Source of the DNA: Acidobacteriota bacterium
Lineage (GTDB): Bacteria; Acidobacteriota; Blastocatellia; Pyrinomonadales; Pyrinomonadaceae
DNA: 28,341 bases
Assembly (NCBI GenBank): GCA_043769325.1
Contig: JAYVJN010000599.1
Coordinates: forward strand, 1-28,341
Direction of reading: 5' to 3'
Made by a program: the position numbers and the translations under genes. Below the pieces are notes generated by a model that saw only the letters and a list, made by a program, of their open reading frames with translations, was not told the DNA's origin and did not search any database. How positions within the stretch are numbered: position 1 is the stretch's first letter; the number at the start of each line of letters is the position of its first letter. Shown here one piece after another: positions 1 through 8,261 of the stretch.

Positions 1-7
1 GGCGTGA

Positions 8-49
8 GCAACTGCCGCGCTGCGCTGGCAGTTGCACGGCTGAAGCCGT
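8..49. repeat. Two adjacent REP-like hairpins
   Basis: GCAACTGCC (8-16) / GGCAGTTGC (27-35) is a perfect 9-bp inverted repeat. It is followed directly by ACGGC-TGAA-GCCGT (36-49). Intergenic; may be cut by the window edge. Confidence 0.5.
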
Positions 50-203
50 AACTCTGAGCGAAAACAAAACGCCGCAAAACTTTTGCTCACCTGCTTATAA
101 GCAAACCGCACGAATTATTTACAGTAACGGTAGTTATGTAACAGGCAGAGTTACAAAACGAAAATAAGATTGGCGAGATGATAAACCAGAAGGCTAAGAG
201 ACA

Positions 204-1208
204 ATGAAAGCGTGGGAAATTCAACAATTTGGCGAAGACGGGCTGCGCCTGGCTGAACGCCCTGAACCGCAACCGACGGGGCGGCAAGTAGTCCTGAAAA
301 TGAGGGCTGTGTCTTTGAATTACCGCGATTTGTTGATGGCGCATGGGCATTACAATCCGCGTTTGGCGATGCCCCGCGTGCCGTGTTCGGACGGCGTGGG
401 CGAAGTGGTGGCAGCGGGGCCGGAAGCCACGCGGGTCAAGGTCGGCGAGCGCGTGGCGGGGACGTTTTTTGCACGTTGGACGGGCGGCGAGATGACGCCC
501 GAAGGCGCGCAAACGGCACTGGGCGGCGAACTCGACGGCGTGCTGGCAGAATACGTTACGCTGGACGAGGAAGGCGTAACTCATGTGCCGGCGCATCTGT
601 CGGACGAAGAAGCGGCGACGTTGCCTTGTGCCGCGTTGACGGCGTGGAACGCGCTGTTTGAGAGCGGCAACGTGCGCGCCGGCGACACGGTTTTAACGCT
701 TGGCACGGGCGGCGTCTCAATTTTCGCCTTGCAGTTGGCGAAAGCGGCGGGCGCAAGAGTTATCATCACTTCCGGCAGCGACGAAAAGCTGGCGCGGGCG
801 CGTGAGTTGGGAGCGCATGAGACGGTTAATTACAAAGCTATGCCCGATTGGGAAAAGCAAGTTTTGGCTTTGACCGATGGGCGCGGCGTGGATTTAACCG
901 TTGAGGTCGGCGGCGCGGGGACGTTTAATAAATCGGTCAAGGCCACGCGGCGCGGCGGTCAGATTGCGCTTATCGGCGTCCTTGCGGGCGCCGGCGAAGT
1001 CAACCTTATGCCCGTGTTAATGAACGGTTTACGGGTGCAGGGAATATTTGTGGGGTCAAGACAGATGTTTGAGAGGATGAACGCCGCCATCGCGTTACAC
1101 AAGTTGCGCCCCGTAGTGGACAAAGTTTTTTCTTTCGGCGAAGCGCAAGAGGCTTACCGCATGATGGCAAGCGGCGCGCATTTTGGTAAGATAGCGATTC
1201 GTTTTTGA
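204..1208 (+). CDS. NAD(P)-dependent medium-chain dehydrogenase/reductase (quinone oxidoreductase-like MDR)
   Basis: 334 aa with RAVSLNYRD, PCSDGVGEV, EAATLPCAALTAW, nucleotide-binding GTGGVS and C-terminal HFGKIAI. It lacks the GHE catalytic-Zn motif of classical ADHs. Confidence 0.92.
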   Translation: MKAWEIQQFGEDGLRLAERPEPQPTGRQVVLKMRAVSLNYRDLLMAHGHYNPRLAMPRVPCSDGVGEVVAAGPEATRVKVGERVAGTFFARWTGGEMTPEGAQTALGGELDGVLAEYVTLDEEGVTHVPAHLSDEEAATLPCAALTAWNALFESGNVRAGDTVLTLGTGGVSIFALQLAKAAGARVIITSGSDEKLARARELGAHETVNYKAMPDWEKQVLALTDGRGVDLTVEVGGAGTFNKSVKATRRGGQIALIGVLAGAGEVNLMPVLMNGLRVQGIFVGSRQMFERMNAAIALHKLRPVVDKVFSFGEAQEAYRMMASGAHFGKIAIRF

Positions 1209-1219
1209 CGGACTAATAC

Positions 1220-1249
1220 GCAGGAGCAGTCAGCAGAAGCAGTAGGCAG
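1220..1249. repeat. Short GCAG-core tandem repeat (6/7-nt period)
   Basis: GCAGGA-GCAGTCA-GCAGAA-GCAGTAG-GCAG just downstream of the MDR stop. Confidence 0.55.
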
Positions 1250-1311
1250 AAAAGAAATGCTGTGTTTCCAACGGCTTAACGCAAAATATGACCAATCTGC
1301 TAACTGAAACT

Positions 1312-1320
1312 TGGTATAAT
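1312..1320 (+). promoter_or_regulatory. Putative extended -10 promoter (TGnTATAAT) for trxA
   Basis: TG-G-TATAAT at 1312-1320, followed by SD GAGGAG (1326-1331) and ATG 1340. Confidence 0.45.
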
Positions 1321-1339
1321 TTTTTGAGGAGATAAAACC

Positions 1340-1669
1340 ATGAGTGATTTTGTTAAAGAAGTGGGCGACGCGGATTTTGAGGCCGACGTGCTGAAATCAA
1401 GCGAACCCGTGTTAGTAGATTTTTGGGCCGAATGGTGTATGCCGTGCCGCGCCCTGGCCCCGACGGTGGACGCCATCGCCGAAGAATTCGCCGGCAAAGT
1501 GCAAGTCCGCAAGATGAATGTGGACTTTAATTCCGCCACGCCCGCCAAATACGGCGTGCGCGGCATCCCCACGCTCATCGTCTTCAAAAACGGCGAAGAA
1601 GCCGAACGCATTGTCGGCGCAGTGGGCAAAGCCGCCATCGCCAGCGCGTTGAATAAGCACGTTGGCTAA
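1340..1669 (+). CDS. trxA: Thioredoxin
   Basis: 109 aa with VLVDFWAEWCMPC (CxxC), cis-Pro loop GVRGIPTL and FKNGE. Strong SD upstream. Confidence 0.95.
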   Translation: MSDFVKEVGDADFEADVLKSSEPVLVDFWAEWCMPCRALAPTVDAIAEEFAGKVQVRKMNVDFNSATPAKYGVRGIPTLIVFKNGEEAERIVGAVGKAAIASALNKHVG

Positions 1670-1685
1670 ACTGCGCGACAACTCA

Positions 1686-1720
1686 AACAAAAAGCCGGGC
1701 CGCGTGTCCGGCTTTTTGTT
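1686..1720. terminator. Bidirectional rho-independent terminator
   Basis: Perfect 13-bp inverted repeat AACAAAAAGCCGG / CCGGCTTTTTGTT around a 9-nt loop, directly after the trxA stop. A-tract before and T-tract after the GC stem. Confidence 0.85.
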
Positions 1721-1806
1721 GTTTAGGACGGTTGCGAAAGTGTCACAGGGCGCGATACGCGGCGCAATGATTGGGTTTAATTTGGCGGCGGTTGGAGAAT
1801 TGCCGG

Positions 1807-2718
1807 ATGAAACCTAGTCAAGCCAGCGCAACCGCGTATTTAGTAGCCGAAAATATCGCTTTGTTGGCGCGCCACGATGCGGCGCGGCGGTCTTTGGTCG
1901 CGCCCGAGGCGGCGAAAATCAGCGCGTGGTTGGTGGAAACGCGCGGCTTGCTAGTGTCTTGGGCCTATCACGGCAAACGCCATAGATTGGCGCGTCTGTT
2001 CTTTAACTGGTTGGAACGGTTGACGATACCGGGTTTGCAACTGCATCACGCGCTCCGCAAACTAGCTTTGGAAGAGACGGCCCGCGCCGCCGTCGCGGAA
2101 GGGTTTACGCAAATTTTAGTCTGGGGCGCGGGGTTCGACACGCTGGCTTTGCGTCTGCATCGGGAGTTTCCCGCCGTCCGTTTTATCGAAGCCGACCACC
2201 CCGCCACGCAAGCCGTCAAACGCCGGATAATCGCCCAGCGCGGTCTGGCGGGCGACAATTTCCACCTGCTGCCGCTTGATTTAACCTCGCCGGACGCGAC
2301 GGCAAGCGTTGCCCAATCAACCGTTTACCAACCGCAAGCGCACACACTTTTTATCGCCGAAGGTCTGTTGATGTATCTGACACCAAGCGAAATTGACGCG
2401 CTTTTTGGCTTTGTGAGGCGTCAGCGCAACGCCCGTTTTGCCTTTACTTTCATGGAAACAAACGCCGCCGGACGGGTAAGTTTTCGCAACTCAGCGCGCG
2501 CGGTGGATTGGTGGTTGCGGCTGCGCGGCGAACCGTTTAAGTGGGGCCTACGGCGCGATGAACTCGCCAACTTTGTGGCCGGCCAAGGTTTCGCCCTCCG
2601 CGCCCAACTGACGGCGGCAGACTTGCGGCAAAAATATCTGACCGCGCCGGACTTGCGCCAAGCTCTTTTAGCCGAAGGCGAAAATATCTGCGTGGCTGAT
2701 TGCCTGGGAGAAGATTGA
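1807..2718 (+). CDS. Class I SAM-dependent methyltransferase, leucine-carboxyl-methyltransferase (LCM)-like
   Basis: Motifs VWGAGFDT, IEADHPATQAVK and FIAEGLLMYL are typical of LCM-family methyltransferases. ATG 1807 chosen over the upstream TTG 1771. Confidence 0.85.
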   Translation: MKPSQASATAYLVAENIALLARHDAARRSLVAPEAAKISAWLVETRGLLVSWAYHGKRHRLARLFFNWLERLTIPGLQLHHALRKLALEETARAAVAEGFTQILVWGAGFDTLALRLHREFPAVRFIEADHPATQAVKRRIIAQRGLAGDNFHLLPLDLTSPDATASVAQSTVYQPQAHTLFIAEGLLMYLTPSEIDALFGFVRRQRNARFAFTFMETNAAGRVSFRNSARAVDWWLRLRGEPFKWGLRRDELANFVAGQGFALRAQLTAADLRQKYLTAPDLRQALLAEGENICVADCLGED

Positions 2719-2778
2719 ATTCTTTGTAATGTTGCCGGATAAGGCTGCGAAACAGAAACCGCCATTCAACTTTTAGCC

Positions 2779-2831
2779 TTGAACCTTGAACATTATTCGT
2801 CAAATTCTGCGAAATAATGTTCAAGGTTCAA
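2779..2831. repeat. Perfect 19-bp inverted repeat built from TTGAACC heptamers
   Basis: TTGAACCTTGAACATTATT (2779-2797) / AATAATGTTCAAGGTTCAA (2813-2831) with a 15-nt loop. Another GGTTCAA lies at 2911-2917. Confidence 0.8.
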
Positions 2832-2919
2832 TAATTAATGCTCAATGGCTGGCGGCCCCGCTTGTCGTTCGGCGAGAGCGGGTTCTGCCAAAAAAGAGAG
2901 TCACACATCAGGTTCAATT

Positions 2920-4374
2920 ATGAAAACCTTAACTCAAACCGGCGCAAATTGGTTGCCGGAACAGGTCGCCGCGCCGTCGGCGGGCGGCGTTTTTGTCAAT
3001 GATATTCACTCGCAACTGAACCGGACGCGGGTGAGCCGTATTGTCAAACCTCGTTCCCTCAAAGAGTTGCAGGAAATCATACGCAATGCGCGGGCGCGGG
3101 GCGAGAAAATTGCGACGGCGGGCGGTTGGCATTCGATGGGCGGACAACAATTTGCCCGTGACGCCGTTTTGCTGGATATGGCGGAGATGGCGCAGGTTGT
3201 GGATTTTGACGCGGAGCGCGGGCTTATCGAGGTTGAGGCCGGTATCCAATGGCCCGCGTTGGCGCAATATCTGGTTGCGGCGCAAACGGGGCGGGCGGCG
3301 CAATTCGGCATCATCCAAAAACAGACCGGGGCTGACCGCCTGAGTCTGGGCGGCGCGTTGTCGTCCAATATTCACGGGCGCGGGCTTGCGCTCAAACCGT
3401 TTATCGCCGACGTGGAATCATTTGTTTTGGTTGACGCGGAGGGCGCGGCGCGGCGGTGCAGCCGCGAGGAAAACGCAGACTTGTTTCGTCTCGCCATCGG
3501 CGGTTACGGCTTGTTCGGCGTCATCGCCCGCGTCACTCTGCGCCTCGCGCCGCGCCGCAAAGTCGAGCGCGTGGTGCGGATTGCCGAACTTCCGGACTTG
3601 CCCGAACTCTTTGCCCAACGCATCGCCGAAGGCTTTCTCTATGGTGATTTTCAGTTCGCCATCGCCCGCGAGTCCGACGATTTTCTGCGGCGCGGCGTGT
3701 TTTCCTGTTATCGTCCGGTGGCCCTTGAGATGCCGCTAACTGAACAACCCAAAGAGCTTTTGTTACAGGATTGGGAAGATTTGCTGTGGCTGGCGCACGT
3801 TGACCGGCAACGGGCGTTTGAGTTGTACGCGGCGCATTACCTCGCCACCGACGGCCAGATTTATTGGTCTGACACGCACCAATTGAGCGTTTATGTAGAT
3901 GATTACCACCGCTGTCTGGATACACGTTTGCCCGAACATTTGCGCGGCAGCGAGATGATTACCGAACTTTATGTGCCGCGCGACGCGCTGTTAGATTTCC
4001 TGAATGAGGTGCGCGAAGATTTTCGCCGCCAGCAAACCGAACTGATTTACGGCACAATTCGCCTGATTGAGCGCGACGACGAGAGTTTTTTGGCTTGGGC
4101 GCGGGAGGATTTCGCTTGCGTCGTCTTCAATCTTCACGTCGCGCACGATGACGCCGGACAGGAACGCGCTTCCGCCGAATTTCGCCGCTTAATTGACCGC
4201 GCCATTGAGTTTGGCGGCAGTTTTTACCTCACCTACCATCGCTGGGCCACCCGCGAACAAGTCCTGGACTGTTACCCGCAAATGCCCGAATTTCTGCGGC
4301 TGAAAAGGCTTTACGACCCCACGGAACTATTCCAAAGCAACTGGTATCGTCACTGCCGCCCGATGTTTTCTTGA
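2920..4374 (+). CDS. FAD-binding oxidoreductase (VAO/PCMH-type; DprE1/ALO-like)
   Basis: AGGWHSMGGQ FAD-binding motif, VEAGI, SLGGALSSNIHG, IGGYGLFGVI and C-terminal GGSFYLTYH...KRLYDP. ATG 2920 chosen over 2845. Confidence 0.88.
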   Translation: MKTLTQTGANWLPEQVAAPSAGGVFVNDIHSQLNRTRVSRIVKPRSLKELQEIIRNARARGEKIATAGGWHSMGGQQFARDAVLLDMAEMAQVVDFDAERGLIEVEAGIQWPALAQYLVAAQTGRAAQFGIIQKQTGADRLSLGGALSSNIHGRGLALKPFIADVESFVLVDAEGAARRCSREENADLFRLAIGGYGLFGVIARVTLRLAPRRKVERVVRIAELPDLPELFAQRIAEGFLYGDFQFAIARESDDFLRRGVFSCYRPVALEMPLTEQPKELLLQDWEDLLWLAHVDRQRAFELYAAHYLATDGQIYWSDTHQLSVYVDDYHRCLDTRLPEHLRGSEMITELYVPRDALLDFLNEVREDFRRQQTELIYGTIRLIERDDESFLAWAREDFACVVFNLHVAHDDAGQERASAEFRRLIDRAIEFGGSFYLTYHRWATREQVLDCYPQMPEFLRLKRLYDPTELFQSNWYRHCRPMFS

Positions 4375-4387
4375 GCCACAGCAGATT

Positions 4388-5662
4388 TTAGATGCTCACA
4401 CGCAGCAGATGATAATTCTTCGCGCCTTTGCGGAGAACTAAAAACTTGCCTTCAATCAAAGCGGATTCAACTACAACTTGTTTGACATCCGTAACCCGTT
4501 GATTATTGAGGTAGATACCGCCGCCTTCGACTAAGCGGCGGGCTTCGCCTTTGGAAGCGGCGACGCCGGAAGCGGTGAGCAAATGCAAGACGGAAGTGCC
4601 TTCGCCGGCGAAATCCGTGAGCGGGAGTTGGCTGGATGGCACGTCTTGGAAAATGTCCTGCACGGCGTCCGCGCTCAGTTCAGAGAGGTCGCCGCCAAAC
4701 AAGGCTTGCGACGATTTTTCGGCCTTGCTGAGTTCGCTTTCGCCATGCACGGCGCGGGTCACTTCTGCCGCCAGACGCTTTTGCGCGGCGCGTTTTTCGG
4801 GCGCGTCAGAGAGTTCCGCCGCGAGTCCGTTAATTTCCGCTTGGTTGAGCCAAGTGAAGTATTTCAGGTATTTTACGGCGTCATCGTCGGCGGTGTTGAG
4901 CCAGAATTGGTAGAAACGGTAGGGCGAAGTCAGTTTGGCGTCCAGCCAGACGGCCCCCGCTTCGGTTTTGCCGAATTTGACGCCCGCCGAGGTTGTGACT
5001 AACGGCATGACCAGGCCGTGCGCTTTTTTGGCGCGGAGGCGTCGGATAAGGTCAATGCCGGCCACGATGTTGCCCCATTGGTCGCTGCCGCCGAGTTGCA
5101 TCGTGCAGCCGTATTTATCGTAAAGCACGAGAAAATCGTAGGCTTGCAGCAGTGAGTAGCTAAACTCCGTGAAAGAGATGCCGTCCTCTTGTTCGAGGCG
5201 GCGTTTGACGGACTCTTTCGCCAGCATACTATTGACGGTGAAGTATTTACCCACATCGCGCAGAAAATCCGTGAACGAAATGGTCGTCAGCCAATCAGCA
5301 TTGTTGACGATGCGGGCCGGGTTCGCGGGCGTGTCGAAATCCAGAAAGCGGGCCAGTTGCTCTTTGATGCCGGCCAGATTGTGTTCTACCAATTCTTGCG
5401 TCAGCAGTTGCCGCTCTTTGGTTTTGCCCGAAGGGTCGCCGATGAGTCCCGTGCCGCCGCCGGCGATGGCGATGGGGTTGTGTCCGCAGCGTTGCAGACG
5501 CGCCAGGGCCATGACGGGCAAAAGCGAGCCGACGTGCAAACTCGCCGCCGTCGGGTCAAACCCGATGTAAGCCGTAACCTTCTCTTTTTCCAATACTTCA
5601 CGGACGCCGCCGGTCTCACCGTAAACCAGTTCGCGCCAGGTTAATTCGTCAAATAAGTTCAC
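4388..5662 (-). CDS. tyrS: Tyrosine--tRNA ligase
   Basis: [15 protein letters not shown] (HIGH), [16 protein letters not shown] (KMSKS) and a C-terminal S4 domain. GTG start preceded by SD AGGAGA. Confidence 0.98.
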   Translation of the reverse strand: MNLFDELTWRELVYGETGGVREVLEKEKVTAYIGFDPTAASLHVGSLLPVMALARLQRCGHNPIAIAGGGTGLIGDPSGKTKERQLLTQELVEHNLAGIKEQLARFLDFDTPANPARIVNNADWLTTISFTDFLRDVGKYFTVNSMLAKESVKRRLEQEDGISFTEFSYSLLQAYDFLVLYDKYGCTMQLGGSDQWGNIVAGIDLIRRLRAKKAHGLVMPLVTTSAGVKFGKTEAGAVWLDAKLTSPYRFYQFWLNTADDDAVKYLKYFTWLNQAEINGLAAELSDAPEKRAAQKRLAAEVTRAVHGESELSKAEKSSQALFGGDLSELSADAVQDIFQDVPSSQLPLTDFAGEGTSVLHLLTASGVAASKGEARRLVEGGGIYLNNQRVTDVKQVVVESALIEGKFLVLRKGAKNYHLLRVSI

Positions 5663-5678
5663 AAAAACTCTCCTAAAA

Positions 5679-5702
5679 AGTGGACAGTGGGCAGTGGGCA
5701 GT
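5679..5702. repeat. Heptamer tandem repeat (AGTGGRC)x3
   Basis: AGTGGAC-AGTGGGC-AGTGGGC-AGT immediately upstream of the tyrS SD. Confidence 0.7.
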
Positions 5703-5860
5703 AAATCAGGCCCGCTTCCGCGCCGGCTAGTTTATAGTTACGCGGTGTTACTGGCAAACCGGATATTGTATGCTAATCAACGGTTGAAATTTAACCGCCA
5801 AACCGGATGTGTCGGCTCGCCATGCTGACCCATGACAGCCAGCCCCGTGGGGAACACGCC

Positions 5861-5939
5861 ACTGTCCCTTGTCAACTATCACTTGTCCACTGGTTTTCTA
5901 TAAAAATAGTTGACAAGTGACAGTTGACACTGAACAGTT
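5861..5939. repeat. Inverted repeat of degenerate CTTGTCA/TGACAGT heptamers
   Basis: ACTGTCCCTTGTCAACTAT (5861-5879) pairs 18/19 with ATAGTTGACAAGTGACAGT (5906-5924). Further degenerate heptamers lie inside the loop and out to 5939. Confidence 0.7.
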
Positions 5940-6014
5940 ACACGCTTCGCGTTGCGCTGGTCAAGAGTTTTGCGGTTTCAACCCTTGATTCACATATTGT
6001 ATAGTGTGCGGGCT

Positions 6015-7469
6015 ATGCAAAATGAAAAGACCAACCCCCAACCCCCGACCCCTAACCCCCAATCCGGCGATATGCCGGCTGAGGATTTTCGCCGCTACGG
6101 GCATCAATTGATTGACTGGCTGGCCGATTTTCAGAGCCGTTTGGAAGAAATGCCGGTTTTGCCGGCTATGAAACCCGGCGATTTGATAGCGAAATTGCCC
6201 ACGTCCGCGCCGGTTGCGGGCGAACCGATGGACGAGATTTTGGCGGACATCGAAAGGCTCATCGTCCCGGCTTTGACGCATTGGCATCATCCTTCGTTCT
6301 TCGCTTATTTCGCCACTTCCACGAGTTTGCCGGGCGTTTTGGGCGAACTTTTGAGCGCGGCTTTTGACCAGAAAGCGATGCTCTGGCGCACTTCGCCGGC
6401 TTCGACGGAGTTAGAGCAAGTCACGCTGGATTGGCTGCGGCAGATGATGGGTTTGGACGCCGGTTACACGGGGATAATTTACGACACGGCCTCCGTCGCC
6501 ACGATGCACGCCCTGGCCGCCGCCCGCGAAGGCGCGGAACAGCGCATCCGCGAAGAAGGCATGAGCGGGCGCACGGATTTACCCTTGCTGCGCGTTTACG
6601 CTTCGGAACAGGCGCATTCGTCGGTTGATAAAGCCGTGATAACGCTCGGCTTGGGGCAGAGAAGTCTGGTCAAAATACCGACGGATGAAAAGTTTCAAAT
6701 GCGCCCCGACGCGCTGGCTGAGGCCATTGCCCAAGACAAACGCGCCGGACATATTCCCCTCGTTATTGTCGCCACCGTCGGCACAACTTCGACTACCAGC
6801 GTTGACCCTATCGCGGAAATCGTGCCGATAGCGGAAGAACACGCAATGTGGCTTCACGTTGACGCGGCTTACGCGGGTTCGGCGGCCATCGTGCCGGAGT
6901 TTCAGCACCATTTCGCGGGCTGCGAACGCGCCGATTCCGTTGTCACCAACCCGCACAAATGGTTGTTTACGCCCTTCGATTTGTCGGTTTTATACTGCCG
7001 GCATATGGATTTACTAAAACGCGCCTTCGTCCTCACGCCCGAATATCTCAAGACGCCCGAAGAGGAAATCGTGCGGCACGGTTCGGACTACGGCATCCAA
7101 CTGGGCCGCCGTTTTCGTTCGTTGAAACTGTGGATGATTCTGCGCTATTTCGGCCACGAAGGGCTCGCCGCCCGCATCCGCGAACATTGCCGCCTGGCGC
7201 GTCTCTTTGCCTCGTGGATTGAAGCGTCGGACGATTGGGAAATCCTCGCGCCCGTGCCGTTCAGCGTGGTCTGTTTCCGCCATCGTTCATCGGACGAACA
7301 CAACGAACGCCTCATGCACGCCCTCAACGCGACGGGCCAGGCGTTTTTGTCGCACACTAAATTAAACGGCGTCTTTACTTTGCGGCTGGCCGTCGGAAAT
7401 CTAAGGACGACGGAAACGCACGTCAAACAAGCGTGGGATTTGTTGCGCGAATGTGCGACTGGCGTGTAA
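6015..7469 (+). CDS. PLP-dependent group II decarboxylase (aromatic L-amino-acid decarboxylase-like)
   Basis: HWHHPSFFAYF, SPASTELE, AHSSVDKA, WLHVDAAYAG, PLP-lysine NPHKW and LGRRFRSLKLW. ATG 6015 chosen; ATG ~6072 (MPAEDFRR) is an alternative. Confidence 0.93.
   Translation: MQNEKTNPQPPTPNPQSGDMPAEDFRRYGHQLIDWLADFQSRLEEMPVLPAMKPGDLIAKLPTSAPVAGEPMDEILADIERLIVPALTHWHHPSFFAYFATSTSLPGVLGELLSAAFDQKAMLWRTSPASTELEQVTLDWLRQMMGLDAGYTGIIYDTASVATMHALAAAREGAEQRIREEGMSGRTDLPLLRVYASEQAHSSVDKAVITLGLGQRSLVKIPTDEKFQMRPDALAEAIAQDKRAGHIPLVIVATVGTTSTTSVDPIAEIVPIAEEHAMWLHVDAAYAGSAAIVPEFQHHFAGCERADSVVTNPHKWLFTPFDLSVLYCRHMDLLKRAFVLTPEYLKTPEEEIVRHGSDYGIQLGRRFRSLKLWMILRYFGHEGLAARIREHCRLARLFASWIEASDDWEILAPVPFSVVCFRHRSSDEHNERLMHALNATGQAFLSHTKLNGVFTLRLAVGNLRTTETHVKQAWDLLRECATGV
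6030..6064. repeat. Five C-rich heptamers (CCCAACC-like) inside the decarboxylase 5' end
   Basis: ACCAACC-CCCAACC-CCCGACC-CCTAACC-CCCAATC, translated as TNPQPPTPNPQS. Confidence 0.75.
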
Positions 7470-7471
7470 AG

Positions 7472-7795
7472 CTACACCGTAACGCCGGCGTCGGCGATGG
7501 CCTGGCCGATGTCTTGGGGCGTTGCGCCGGTGGCTAACATGGCGCGTAAGAGCAATTCGAGTGAAACCGAGCGGTCTCCGTTTTCGGCTTTGGCGATGCG
7601 CGGTTGGCTGGAATGTATCTTTTCCGCCAAATCCGCTTGCGTCATTTGTCCTTGCCGACGCTGGCGCAGGTTGCGGCTCAAGGCCAGTTTTATTTCTATT
7701 AAAGCGGATTCTTCGGGCGTCAATTCCAGAAATTCCGCCGCCGCCCCGACTTTCCAGCCTTTGGTTTCCAAACGCGCTTGTTTAGCTTTGTCCAT
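7472..7795 (-). CDS. XRE-family helix-turn-helix protein, HigA-like antitoxin
   Basis: 107 aa with N-terminal GWKVGAAAEFLELTPEE and HTH MTQADLAEKIHSSQPRIAKAENG..SVSLELL. SD GAGG upstream. Confidence 0.82.
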   Translation of the reverse strand: MDKAKQARLETKGWKVGAAAEFLELTPEESALIEIKLALSRNLRQRRQGQMTQADLAEKIHSSQPRIAKAENGDRSVSLELLLRAMLATGATPQDIGQAIADAGVTV

Positions 7796-7803
7796 AATTT
7801 CCT

Positions 7804-7839
7804 CTAATCGTTGTCGTATTTGGTCAACTTTACTTTGCC
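7804..7839 (-). pseudogene. Possible 3' remnant of a RelE/HigB-like toxin gene
   Basis: Minus strand reads GKVKLTKYDND-stop, with the TAG overlapping the antitoxin SD. This resembles, from memory, the C-terminal RLxxYD of Gp49-like toxins. An in-frame stop lies just upstream. Very short match. Confidence 0.3.
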
Positions 7840-7855
7840 ATAGAACTAACTCAAC

Positions 7856-8135
7856 TTACGCAGTTGTGCTGATGGACGGTGGCTGCGTTTTCCTTGGTGC
7901 CGGAGGCACGCGGGAAATTAGCCGGTGGTGGAGCGTGAGCGCAACCACCGGAAACGGTATTCCCACGCGCCCCAAGTCCCGGCAGGGACGGCAGATAAAA
8001 GTAGTTCCCGCGCACCTTGCGGTGCGCCGGTGCGGTGCGGCGAGCTTTCCGGTGGTTGTCACCACCGGCTAATTTCCCGTGCGCTTGCCAGCGCAAAAAG
8101 CCGTCAGACAACCCGATTCACTGGCAACTGCGTAA
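7856..8135. repeat. Composite REP/REPIN- or MITE-like palindromic element
   Basis: Nested perfect inverted repeats: 11 bp (7856-7866 / 8125-8135), 20 bp (7911-7930 / 8060-8079) and 13 bp (7942-7954 / 8046-8058). Small hairpins at 7897-7909, 7976-7989, 8010-8027 and 8081-8094. Confidence 0.75.
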
Positions 8136-8261
8136 CATGAGTAACTAAATTAACGGCTTAATCAGTTTGGCCCATACCGGATATTATGCCACATCTGATA
8201 TGATATGCAAGATAAACACGGCGGGGGCAATTTGGCAGTTGTTATGGGAAAAGGCTAAACT

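Noticed and set aside
5663-5860. T-box riboswitch upstream of tyrS
   Set aside because: The nearest match on the minus strand (AGTAACACCGCG) lacks the UGGNACC antiterminator bulge, and no terminator or Stem I motifs were found.
7856-8135. CRISPR array or autonomous IS element
   Set aside because: The repeats are inverted and nested, not direct repeats with unique spacers. There is no transposase or cas ORF.
7851-8140. ORFs 7851-8111(-), 7856-8065(-) and 7925-8140(+) as the missing toxin
   Set aside because: They have no RelE/HigB/PIN features and are read-throughs of the palindromic element.
5758-8190. Shared 10-mer ACCGGATATT in two upstream regions (near 5758 and 8177) as a regulator site
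   Set aside because: Only two non-palindromic copies; this cannot be distinguished from chance without a genome-wide motif test.
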